Shown: positions 19,854 through 28,900 of the stretch, piece by piece | Position numbering within the stretch: position 1 is the first letter of the stretch | How the letters are laid out: the number at the start of each line of letters is the position of its first letter | NCBI GenBank assembly: GCA_963697065.1 | Contig: CAVOMQ010000003.1 | Span: forward strand, 43,974 to 107,973 | Source of the DNA: an uncultured Gemmatimonadales bacterium | GTDB taxonomy: Bacteria; Gemmatimonadota; Gemmatimonadetes; Gemmatimonadales; GWC2-71-9 | Direction of reading: 5' to 3' | Length of the DNA: 64,000 nt | The notes under the pieces: model-generated | Database searches by the model: none | Seen by the model: the letters and a program-made list of their open reading frames with translations, nothing else | What the model was told of the DNA's origin: nothing | Translations under genes and position numbers: made by a program

Positions 19854-21011
19854 TCAGTGGCGAGGCAATCCGCTCACCCGGTAGCGAACAAGAGTCGCCC
19901 CCTTTGGGAGGACGCGGATGCCGACAAGTGTCGCGCCGCTGACCGCCTTCAGCATGACGTCGCTCGGCAGCTTCACCTGCCCAATCAGATCCCCGCTTGG
20001 GTCAAGAACCGACCACGCTCGCTCGGACCCCTTTCCGTACATCTCCACCCAGACGGACCCATCGTCGGAGACCAGCAGTGCCTGCAACGGCTGGTGGAGG
20101 CGAGCTGGAGAAGCCCGCAACGCACTGTCGATCTGTCGGTTGCGCCCGGGGAGTCGCTCTTCGTCGATCACCGCCGCGATGCCACTATCGAGCTCCGGCG
20201 CTGTGACCGGCGTCATACTGGTCTGAAAACGACACGCGTACGCAGTGTCACCCATTGCGTCCGTTCGGACGACCGTGAACCAACCGGAATCCGGGCCCGT
20301 CATGATTCCCCGGGCATTCACGACGGTCCTGCCATTCGCCGAGATGGCGGTGTAGGGAGGACGGCAGTAGGGGATGGGAATCCAGGAGCCATCCGACAGG
20401 GACTGCTCGCAGAAGACCAACCCGCTTCGGACTGATGCCGCGACGCTCCGATACGAACCATCCGGTGCCGAGACGAGAAGCACCGACGCAGTGCGTTCGA
20501 CGTCACTTCGCAGCGCCGGAATATTCTCCAAGATCAGAAGATCGCCATTGGGCAGATATCTGATTACGCTTGGACCGAACAAGCCGTTGTGAGCCTTCGG
20601 CTGCACGCCGGGGGGTCCCTGAACTGTGCGGGGGACTGGCATTGTGCGGGCGACCGATCCCCGTGTATCGAACAGCGTCAGTCGGGCGAGCCGGTTGTCG
20701 TAAGTCCAAATCGAGTCGCCGCGCCATCCGGCCGATGGGCTCGCTATGAACTGGCCGGGCCCATCACCTTGGGTTCCGACCGTTCGCACCCGAGTGCCGG
20801 TAGAATCCAATACGTAAAGGGAGTAGTGGAATGGACCCGTCAGGAGCAACGAACCATTAGGTCCCAAGGTGACGTAGGCAGTCGAATCGAAACCATACCG
20901 CGAGATGTCGATCGAGAGATCCGAAGCAACGCCAAGCGCCGGCGGCACTTGCGCCGAAGCAGAACGAAGGAGCCCGATGACAACCCCCGCAAGGAGGGTC
21001 GGGATTCGCAT
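19854..21011 (-). CDS. 6-bladed beta-propeller secreted protein (module 2)
   Basis: Signal peptide; VGTQGDGPGQF, GDSIWTYD, VSDDGSVWV..WSVLDPSG motifs. Confidence 0.7.
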   Translation of the reverse strand: MRIPTLLAGVVIGLLRSASAQVPPALGVASDLSIDISRYGFDSTAYVTLGPNGSLLLTGPFHYSLYVLDSTGTRVRTVGTQGDGPGQFIASPSAGWRGDSIWTYDNRLARLTLFDTRGSVARTMPVPRTVQGPPGVQPKAHNGLFGPSVIRYLPNGDLLILENIPALRSDVERTASVLLVSAPDGSYRSVAASVRSGLVFCEQSLSDGSWIPIPYCRPPYTAISANGRTVVNARGIMTGPDSGWFTVVRTDAMGDTAYACRFQTSMTPVTAPELDSGIAAVIDEERLPGRNRQIDSALRASPARLHQPLQALLVSDDGSVWVEMYGKGSERAWSVLDPSGDLIGQVKLPSDVMLKAVSGATLVGIRVLPKGATLVRYRVSGLPRH

Positions 21012-21166
21012 CAATTTGTCCCCCGCCGCGCCACACACAGGAGTCGCCTAGTCCGCTGCCAGCGCCATTGGAGATGCGCGTGAGGAGCTGGACCGCGGTG
21101 TGCCAGCCCCCCCCGCGAATAGTAAAGCATGATGCGCCTGAACGCCGGCGACGAGACCACCGGTGA

Positions 21167-21463
21167 TCAGTAGATGCAGTGGTTCCCGTACCCAGAGCCC
21201 ATGTCCGAGCCATCTGGGGCGTAACAATCTGAAAAGTACTCGCAGTACGGTGCCTGCTCCTGCACGTCGCTCGAGCAGCCCCATTCGAGCGAGACGTCGA
21301 CGCACAACTGATGAGGATCGTCTGGACAGTCATCTCCCGCCTGGCATGCGTCGAATGCCATGCAGCCACCACCGCCCTGAGTAGCCAGTGCCGGCGTTGA
21401 GAAGTACGCCAGCGCAATAACTGAACTGCTCAACACAAGCAACAACTTCTGTCGAACTGTCAT
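21167..21463 (-). CDS. Secreted 8-Cys peptide P2
   Basis: GGAGG RBS; signal ending TPALA; mature part C-x5-C-x5-C-x7-C-x8-C-x10-C-x5-C-x15-C, acidic. Confidence 0.75.
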   Translation of the reverse strand: MTVRQKLLLVLSSSVIALAYFSTPALATQGGGGCMAFDACQAGDDCPDDPHQLCVDVSLEWGCSSDVQEQAPYCEYFSDCYAPDGSDMGSGYGNHCIY

Positions 21464-21505
21464 CGTTCCCTCCCGTTGAGTTGAATGATCGCTGCGCGCC
21501 GCGCT

Positions 21506-22186
21506 TTACGTTGACCGAGAACTTTGCCCAGCGGCCCTATGTAGGACGCGACGTACAATTTCGTCCAACCGCGCACTATCGAGAGCGCCAGTATAACGAA
21601 GCCCGTCGATGACAAGGGTCGGCGTCGCGTGAACCCCGGCTCGAACCGCCGCTATTGAATCCAGCGTGATCGCAGAAACAGGCGTCGATCGGTTGACGCA
21701 CGCAGCAAATGCGCCAGAATCCGTCACGCCAGCGTCGCGGGCGAAATCGGCAAAAGACTTCAGGCCCAGCGAATCCTGCTTCTGATACAATTCGTCATAC
21801 ATTGCCTCAAAACGATTCTGCGCTGCTGCGCATTCCGCGGCCCGGGCGCTAGCGTATGCGAAGCGGTGATATGGCAATGGGTAGTTCCGGAAAATGAGAG
21901 CAACTTGGCTGGGATACTCTGCATGAATTGCTCGAAATGAAGCAACAGCGAACGCACGGCAGGCCGGGCACTCGAAGTCACCGAACTCAATGATTGTCAC
22001 CGGCGCATGCAAGGGACCGATCCTGTGGCCGGCTGCGGCAAAGGTGAGCCAGTCGGAGATCTTCGTCGGCGCTTCCACCAGGGCTCTTGCACCCGCAGGC
22101 TTAGGCCAAAAAGTGCGCTTCACGCTGAGTCCGGTGGTGAAGACTGCGCAAACCGCTACCACGCCAATGACGACATTCGTCCTCAC
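21506..22186 (-). CDS. DsbA-family oxidoreductase (module 2)
   Basis: GPLHAPVTIIEFGDFECPAC, FRNYPLPYH, GVHATPTLVIDG; N-terminal TM. Confidence 0.85.
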   Translation of the reverse strand: MRTNVVIGVVAVCAVFTTGLSVKRTFWPKPAGARALVEAPTKISDWLTFAAAGHRIGPLHAPVTIIEFGDFECPACRAFAVASFRAIHAEYPSQVALIFRNYPLPYHRFAYASARAAECAAAQNRFEAMYDELYQKQDSLGLKSFADFARDAGVTDSGAFAACVNRSTPVSAITLDSIAAVRAGVHATPTLVIDGLRYTGALDSARLDEIVRRVLHRAAGQSSRST

Positions 22187-22214
22187 TTCGTTTCGTTCGA
22201 CGAAGTCTCTGCGG

Positions 22215-22310
22215 GGTGAGACTCGCCGCACTGAACACCTATCAATTCCCCGGATTCCGCCATACCAGAAAACAGCGCTTTCTGCTGCTTTTCGCCCAGT
22301 CACGCCTCGA
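22215..22310 (-). promoter_or_regulatory. Conserved intergenic element between AraC-like regulator and cargo (copy 2)
   Basis: Matches 11820-11914 (e.g. TCCCCGGATTCCGCCA.ACCAGAAAACAG.GCTTTCTGCTG.TTTTCGCCCAGT). Confidence 0.5.
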
Positions 22311-22982
22311 TCACCGATCTGTTACATATCCACCCGCCTGCAGAGCGGCCTCCAGCGCCGCCTCCCACGCATCCATTGCCACGAGCTCCCGCCAGGTCAG
22401 CCCGAAGTACCGGCGGCACCACCGCGAGACCGTCTTGACGTCCACGCCCGCCAGCTCCGCCGCCATGGCCTCCGTATGCCCGGCCGCAAGCGCCCGTGTG
22501 ATCAGCTCCAGGCAGCTCCCGAGTGCCCGCCAGTCGTGTGGCAGCCACGCTCCATACCTCCGGAGCGATCGGCGCAGCAAATCGGCGTCGACCGCAGAAT
22601 CCCGTAAGTCGGAGTACAGGTTGGCGAGACCGAGCGACGTCCTGAACGCGATGTAGGCGGCAATATCGGTGGCGTCGGGCATTCGGCGCTGACGGATTCC
22701 GTTCCTGATTTCGGCGACCGGGGGCAAAACCTCACCGCAAAGCGGAGTTACATGCATTGCAGAGGGAACCAGCAAGTCCAGGATCCGAGGCGCAACGTTA
22801 TGGGCGGCGACCAGGACCGTCGGGCACCATGGGCTGGCGCGCCATTGATCGACGGACTCCGCGACTCGCGCCAAATTGTCATCGCCGCCCGGAACCACGA
22901 GTACTGTGCCCAGCGGGCGCGGTGCGGGCGGCCCGGCGTCAATCGCCGTCGGTTCGCCGGGTAGCAGGCAACACACGGTCAT
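22311..22982 (-). CDS. AraC-like transcription regulator, copy 2
   Basis: Colinear paralog of 11915-12586 (MTVCCLLPG...GGYVTDR). Confidence 0.65.
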   Translation of the reverse strand: MTVCCLLPGEPTAIDAGPPAPRPLGTVLVVPGGDDNLARVAESVDQWRASPWCPTVLVAAHNVAPRILDLLVPSAMHVTPLCGEVLPPVAEIRNGIRQRRMPDATDIAAYIAFRTSLGLANLYSDLRDSAVDADLLRRSLRRYGAWLPHDWRALGSCLELITRALAAGHTEAMAAELAGVDVKTVSRWCRRYFGLTWRELVAMDAWEAALEAALQAGGYVTDR

Positions 22983-23036
22983 CTGTCGATGCCTCGGCTT
23001 GCGGCCACCAACCTCCCGCGAGCGCATCACACCGCC

Positions 23037-23104
23037 GTGGGTGGCGTGGGTGGCGTGGCGTGGCGTGGCGTGGCGTGGCGTGGCGTGGCGTGGCGTGGCG
23101 TGGC
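23037..23104. repeat. Pentanucleotide SSR: 11 perfect GTGGC units (23050-23104) plus 3 flanking units
   Basis: Counted directly; flanking units GTGG, GTGGC, GTGG at 23037-23049. Confidence 0.95.
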
Positions 23105-23109
23105 GTTCA

Positions 23110-23138
23110 ACGATACCGGCTGGTGCAACCGGTGTCAA
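23110..23138 (-). promoter_or_regulatory. sigma70-type promoter TTGACA-N17-TATCGT
   Basis: Read directly; same position relative to the SSR as the promoter at 12701-12729. Confidence 0.75.
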
Positions 23139-23210
23139 GCCGGCACCGCGCCAGCGCAGTTCCGCGGCAGTTACGTGTTGATCGGTGCCCGGATTTCCGG
23201 AACTGATCCG

Positions 23211-24741
23211 CTACTCCCCCCGATCCAGCACCCGGTACTGGATCGCCTCCCCCACATGCGCCGGCCCCACCTCGGCCGCCCCCTCCAGATCCGCCAGCGT
23301 CCGCGCCAGTTTGAGCACGCGGTGGTATGCCCGCGCCGACAGCCCCAGCTTGACGATCGCCTGCTTGAGCACCGCGTCGGTCGCGGCATCGGTCCGCACG
23401 AACTTCGCCAATTCGCGCGGCCCCATGTGCGCATTGGCATACACCCCGCGCACCTCCCGGAACCGCTCCAGCTGTCGCGCGCGCGCCGCCTCCACCCGCT
23501 GCCGCACCACGGTACTCGATTCCGCCGCCTTGCGCGCCGTGAGATCGTCGTAGCCACCGGCGGCACGCTCAGGTGAATGTCCACCCGGTCGAGCAGCGGC
23601 CCCGAGATCCTGGCGCGATACCGCTGCACCGCCATCGGCGAACAACTGCACTGCCGCGTCGCGTCACCCAGGTAGCCGCAGGGGCAGGGATTCATCGCCG
23701 CCACCAGCAGGAACCTCGCCGGGTACATGAGGCTCATCGCTGCACGCGCAATCGTCACCTGCCCGTCTTCCAACGGCTGCCGCAGCACCTCCAGCACATT
23801 GCTCGGCAACTCCGCCACTTCGTCGAGAAAGAGCACGCCGTGATGCGCCAGCGACACTTCGCCCGGGCGCGGAATCGCCCCGCCGCCGATCAATCCGGCA
23901 TACGAGACGGTGTGATGCGGCGCCCGGAACGGTCGGCGCGTCACCAGCGCCTGCCCCGCCGGCAGCAGCCCCGCCACGCTGTGGATCCGCGTCACGTCGA
24001 GCGCCTCGGCCAGCGACATCGACGGCAGGATGGTCGGCAGCCGCCGTGCCAGCATCGTCTTGCCCGCCCCCGGCGGACCGATCAGCAGCAGGTTGTGCGC
24101 TCCCGCCGCCGCCACCTCCATCGCCCGCTTGGCCGCGCGCCTGCGCCTTGACCTCGGCGAAGTCGACGTCAGCACTGCGGCAGCTCGTCCATCAGCGCGG
24201 CCGCGTCGGTGCGCACCGCGGCCAGCGGCGCCTCGCCGGTGACATGCCGGCAGACTGCCATCAGATTCGCGGCTCCCCGCACCGCCACGCCGCCCACCAC
24301 CGCCGCTTCTGCCACGTTCGCCTGCGGCAGGATCAGCTCGTCGCAGCCGAAGCCCCGCGCCGCCAGCGCAATCGGCAGCGCACCGCGAATTGGCCGGAGA
24401 TCACCCTCCAGACCCAGCTCACCAAGCAATAGCGAACGATGCAGCCGATCGTCGGGAATCTGCCCGCTCGCGGCGAGGATTCCGATGGCGACGGCCAGGT
24501 CGAACGCACTGCCCCGCTTCTGCACGTCGGCCGGCGCGAGGTTGACGGTGATGCGGCGCAGCGGCAACTGGAAGCCGGCGTTCTGGAGGGCGGCGGCGAC
24601 ACGTTCGCGCCCTTCCTTCACGGCGCCCACCGGCAGCCCCACCGTGGTGAACGACGGCAGCCCGTTGGCGATGTCGATCTCGACGTCGACGGCGAGCGCG
24701 TCGACGCCGAGGACAGTGGCGGAATGGATGCGGGAAAGCAG
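23211..24741 (-). CDS. comM: ComM/YifB Mg-chelatase-like AAA+ ATPase with three single-base frameshifts
   Basis: [14 protein letters not shown] start, [36 protein letters not shown]. Indels near 24172, 24140 and 23552; CTG follows the GGAGG RBS. Confidence 0.9.
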
Positions 24742-24855
24742 AACGGCCTCCGAGCAGGGAGGCCGGGAGGATCAGGTCTTCAATGGCGCGCAGCGAATCG
24801 AACGGACGCCGGCGGGTTCAAAGAAACGCAACGTTCGATGCGATCCGGCCGCCGT

Positions 24856-25419
24856 CTATGGCAACTTGATCCCGAACAGCGCCAGCAGTTGTTCCGCCCG
24901 CGCCATCACCGCCGTCTCCTGCGCCATCACCTGCTGGTCGGTGACGTCGAGCCGGGGCTCGAATCCCTGGTCGGTCCAGAGCAGCATCTTGCCCGCATCG
25001 AATGCGAACAGGTCGGCCGGCTCCTGCACCACGCTGACATCGCCCCCCACGAACCAGATGCTGGTGTCGGGCACCATGCCGGCAAGCGCGCTCGAATCAC
25101 TCACCACGAGCTTGCGCGGCACACCCGCGACGGTCCAGAGCGAGATCAGTTGGGGCACGGTGTCGGGTGGCGGTGGCACGATCGACGTGTCGCGCCGCTG
25201 CATCTGGTCGAGCGCGCCGTCGACGGACGACATGGTGCGCTGCATGATGCCGATCACCGCCCCGGTGTCACCGGGCGCCACGTCGGCGAACGTTTCGGGC
25301 AGTGCCGCGACGGCCGACGTCGCGGGCTCCCCGGTCGAAACGGAATCGCCGGGCGCCGGCGGGGAACTCCCGCGCCGGCACCCGGCGAGCAGCACGGCGA
25401 GCAGCGTCAGCCGGCGGAT
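24856..25419 (-). CDS. Hypothetical lipoprotein
   Basis: Lipobox LLAGC; the signal peptide extends in frame to ATC at 25419 after GGAAGG (first standard start GTG 25395). Confidence 0.65.
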   Translation of the reverse strand: MRRLTLLAVLLAGCRRGSSPPAPGDSVSTGEPATSAVAALPETFADVAPGDTGAVIGIMQRTMSSVDGALDQMQRRDTSIVPPPPDTVPQLISLWTVAGVPRKLVVSDSSALAGMVPDTSIWFVGGDVSVVQEPADLFAFDAGKMLLWTDQGFEPRLDVTDQQVMAQETAVMARAEQLLALFGIKLP

Positions 25420-25431
25420 GGTTCCCTTCCC

Positions 25432-25809
25432 TCAGAAGCCCCGGGCACCACGGCCGGTCGCCGCCGCCACGGAGTCGAACTTCGGCTTCTGCACGTCGGT
25501 CAGGATGCTGTCGATGGACATCTTGAACGAATCGAACACGTCCTGCTGCTTCTTCGTCGAGTCCGGCGACACCACGGCGCCGGCCTGGCGCTGATCACGA
25601 GTGTATTGCTGCAAGGGTTGTACGACCTTGTTGTACGTCGTGAGTGCCGCCTGATACGCGGTCTTCTGCGGCGACGAAAGCTTGAGCAGCGCGTTCATCT
25701 GGTCGTAATTCAGGATGCCTTGCGGTCCGAATCCGCGCCCGCCGCGTTGAGCCGCCAGGGGGGACACCGCCACCACCAGCAATGCCAGCAGTGCAAAACG
25801 GGACTTCAT
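25432..25809 (-). CDS. Secreted helical protein (Spy/CpxP-like)
   Basis: Signal peptide PLAA, LKLSSPQK and ILTDVQKPKF (LTxxQ motifs), RGG-rich ends. Confidence 0.6.
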   Translation of the reverse strand: MKSRFALLALLVVAVSPLAAQRGGRGFGPQGILNYDQMNALLKLSSPQKTAYQAALTTYNKVVQPLQQYTRDQRQAGAVVSPDSTKKQQDVFDSFKMSIDSILTDVQKPKFDSVAAATGRGARGF

Positions 25810-25933
25810 AGAAGGAGACTCCGGGAGACTGGTTCACCCCGCTGGAATCGTCCGGGAATCGGCGCACCGCGGGTCGGCTTTGCTACGCCGGGAGACCACA
25901 GCAGGTTGAAACGTGGTCCGGACCTTCCCGGAA

Positions 25934-28900
25934 TCACTCCCCGTCGCCCGGCCCGGCACTCTGCGCGGGGACGAACCGGATCCGGAACGCCGCACCGCGT
26001 CCCGGCCCGCTCTCCGCCCCGATCGTGGCCCCCCACCCCTCCACCAGCCGCCGGACGATGGCAAGCCCGAGGCCGGTCCCGCTGGTCCGGGTCGAGAACG
26101 ACGGCTCGAAGATCCGCCCCAGCTGGTCGGCGGGGATCCCCGGCCCGTTGTCCTCTATATCCAGCGCGTTGCTGCCGACCACCAGCCGGACCCGGTCCGC
26201 CCCGGCCTGGCGGGCGTTGTCGAGCAGGTTGAGCAGCACCTGGACCAGCTCTTCCCGGCGGGCCCGGACCGGACCGACCTCGCCGTCGTTGCCGGTGACG
26301 TCGATCCGGAGCCCGTCCGACCCGAGACCGTACAGACCGGCGATCTCTTCACTCACTGCCAGGAGATCGATCGGCTCGAGCGGAGCCACCGACCGGTCGG
26401 GTGGCGCACCGTAGCGGGCGAACGAGCGCGCGATCCGGTCGAGCCGCTCGATCTCGGCGAGCAGCCTCGTCACCGTGTCGTCGACCAGTTGCCGCAGGTC
26501 CGGATCGACGGTCGCTTTCGCCTCCTGTGACACGCGGCGGAGATGCTGCAACCCGAGCCGCATCGGCGTGAGCGGATTCTTGATCTCGTGCGCCACCTGC
26601 CGCGCCATCTCGCCCCACGCCAGCACCCGGGCCGCCCGCGCCGCTTCGGTGATATCGGTGAGCGCGAGGACCAATCCGCCGTCGACCAGCGGGGCGAGTG
26701 TCACGTCGAACCGCCGCATCTCCACCGCGAACTCGAAGCTTTCCGGGGTGCGTGTCTGGCGCCTGAGCAGCCGGTCGACGCCATCGGCAATCGGCGACCA
26801 CGGCGCGGGGAGTTGTTCGCGGATCGGCCGGCCCGGTTGGACGTGGACGCCGAGCAATTCGGTGGTACGCGGATTGGCATGGGTCACCACGCCGGCTGAG
26901 TCGACGCCCACCACGCCGGTCGCCACGGTGGCCAGGATCGCCGCGGTCCGCGCCCGTCCCGCCCGCAGTTCCGATTCGCTGGCGCGGAGATCATGCTCCA
27001 TCTGGCTGATGGCGCCGAACACCGGGACGAACTCGGCCGGGATCGGTTCTGCGGGCGGTGCTGCTTCACCACGACCGATCGCGAGAGCAGTGCGCCGCAG
27101 CGTATCGATCGGTTGTCCCAGTCCGTCCGCCACCCGTCCCGCGACCACGATCGCCGCACCGGCCCCGGCGAGCGTGGTGAGCACCAGCAGCATCGCCAGA
27201 TCCACCTGGCCGCCTTCAAAATCGGTTTCGCCGCCCGGGAGTACCGCGGCGATCAACGTGGCGGGCCGCGCCGTCGCCTGCACGCCGACCCGTGCCCGGC
27301 CACTGGGAAGCGAGTTCGACAGATTGGCCGGACCGAGTGCCGTGGCGGCGTGCGACGGCGGATTGATCGCCGCCGGCAGCAGCCCGAGTTGTTCCAGAAT
27401 CGGATTGCTGGCGGTGATCAGCCGGCTGTCGCGATAGACGCCCAGCTCGGCGCTGACGTCGTCGGCCACCAGTGCCAGGGAGTCGTGATCCGGCCTCGGC
27501 GCGTCGGCAATCGACAGCCCGCCGTTGACCGTGACGTCGCGCAGCGTCGCTTCGAGGTCGTCGGCCCGCTGGTCGGCGGCGCTCAACCGCAACCGATACA
27601 CCGACCAGAGCGTGAACAGCGCCGCCGGCACGATGAAGAACGCCATCAGCGCGGTGGCGATCATCCGCCGGTACGATCGCCGGAACACCGGTGCTCCCGG
27701 CGGCCGCCAATGTCCGAACAGCCACTGCAACCCGAACCACACCGCGCCCACCACCACCAGGTCGAGAATCGTCACCAGCACGGCGCGCACGGCATACTGT
27801 GCCGGTTTGGCGATCTCGATTTCGGCTCGCACGGTGCGGGGAAATTCGCCGCCGGTCACCACCCGGTCGGTGCGGATGAAGCGGTTGGTGCGGTAGAACG
27901 CCGTGTCGGGCGACGCCGCCGCCGCCGGGATCACGTCCACCCGATACGAGGGCGTCGCCGTGCTCCGCCACCCGGTGAGCTGCCCGAACACCGTCGGCAC
28001 CAACAGGTGCGAGCGCGGGCCGACCATCACCGTCGCGATCGTGTCGGGCGTGAGCGGCAACACCAGCACGTCATGATGCCCGGCGCCGCGCGCCAGCGAC
28101 ACGATCACGGCGGTGTCGCCCACGCTCCGGACCAGCGGGGCCAGGTCGTACCAACTCACCGAAAGCGAGTCGAGCGGCACTTCGTCAAGCTGGTGACCGG
28201 TACTGTCCCACAGCGAGAGGTAGGACGGAAAACCATCCCGCCACAGCGGCGAACTTCGCCACGCGGCATAGAGCCGGTCGAGACGCGTGGCGTGTGCGGC
28301 CTGCGCCGTGGCCGCGAAGGAGTCGAGCGCATTGACGGCGAGCGTGTCGGACGTGGCATCGAGCCGCGCAAGGTCGGTCGAGGCCAGCGCCATGGTGCGT
28401 TGCAGCGATGCGCTCCAGGTGGCCAGCCCGGCCAGCGTCACGGCACAGGTTGCCACCGCCGCCAACCGGATCCGGGGCGGCGCCGGCGCGAGCAACAACC
28501 CCAGCGGCACGGCCCAGAGTACCACGTACCACACCGCCCAACCCGACGGACTCCATCCCTCCACTCCCGCGGCGCCGACGATCAGCGCGGTGACGATCGC
28601 CAGCCTCCCGAACCACGGGGTGCGGGCAGGATCGTCGGGATTGCGCAACAGCACGTTCGCGAGCGCGAGGTAGCTCGCCGCCGCCACCGCGACGATCACT
28701 TCCCACAGGAACCACGTCGGCGACGATTGCAACTCGCCCAGCGGTATCAGGGCGCGAGCGCCGGCCGCGACGAGCCACGGCGAGGCCGCGAGCTGTATCG
28801 CGGCCACGGTCCCTCCGACCACGGTCCGCCGCGTGGTCCGCCGCCACGCAATGATCGCCAGCTCGGCGATTGCCGCGGTCACCAGCACTGCTTCGATCAA

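Larger units (their letters stand above)
15773..23692. mobile_element. Putative comM-integrated cassette unit A (about 7.9 kb)
   Basis: From the XRE-side break point to the NPCPCG codons of full-length comM; carries module 2; no recombinase recognised. Confidence 0.55.

Noticed and set aside
22983-23138. RHATP-repeat N-terminal extension of the regulator (ORF track 22311..23138)
   Set aside because: The ORF start is the TTG of the -35 box. The equivalent region of the paralog gives no open extension through the repeat, and both genes have an RBS-preceded ATG at MTVCC.
11853-23199. CCCGGATT(T)0-2CCG motif at 11853, 14001, 22249 and 23188
   Set aside because: Short GC-rich near-palindrome; two of the four copies come from one duplication; not distinguishable from chance by eye.
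6783-24741. Integrase, transposase or prophage genes in the accessory regions
   Set aside because: No catalytic motifs of tyrosine, serine or DDE recombinases and no structural phage genes recognised in any frame; a divergent enzyme could be missed without HMMs.
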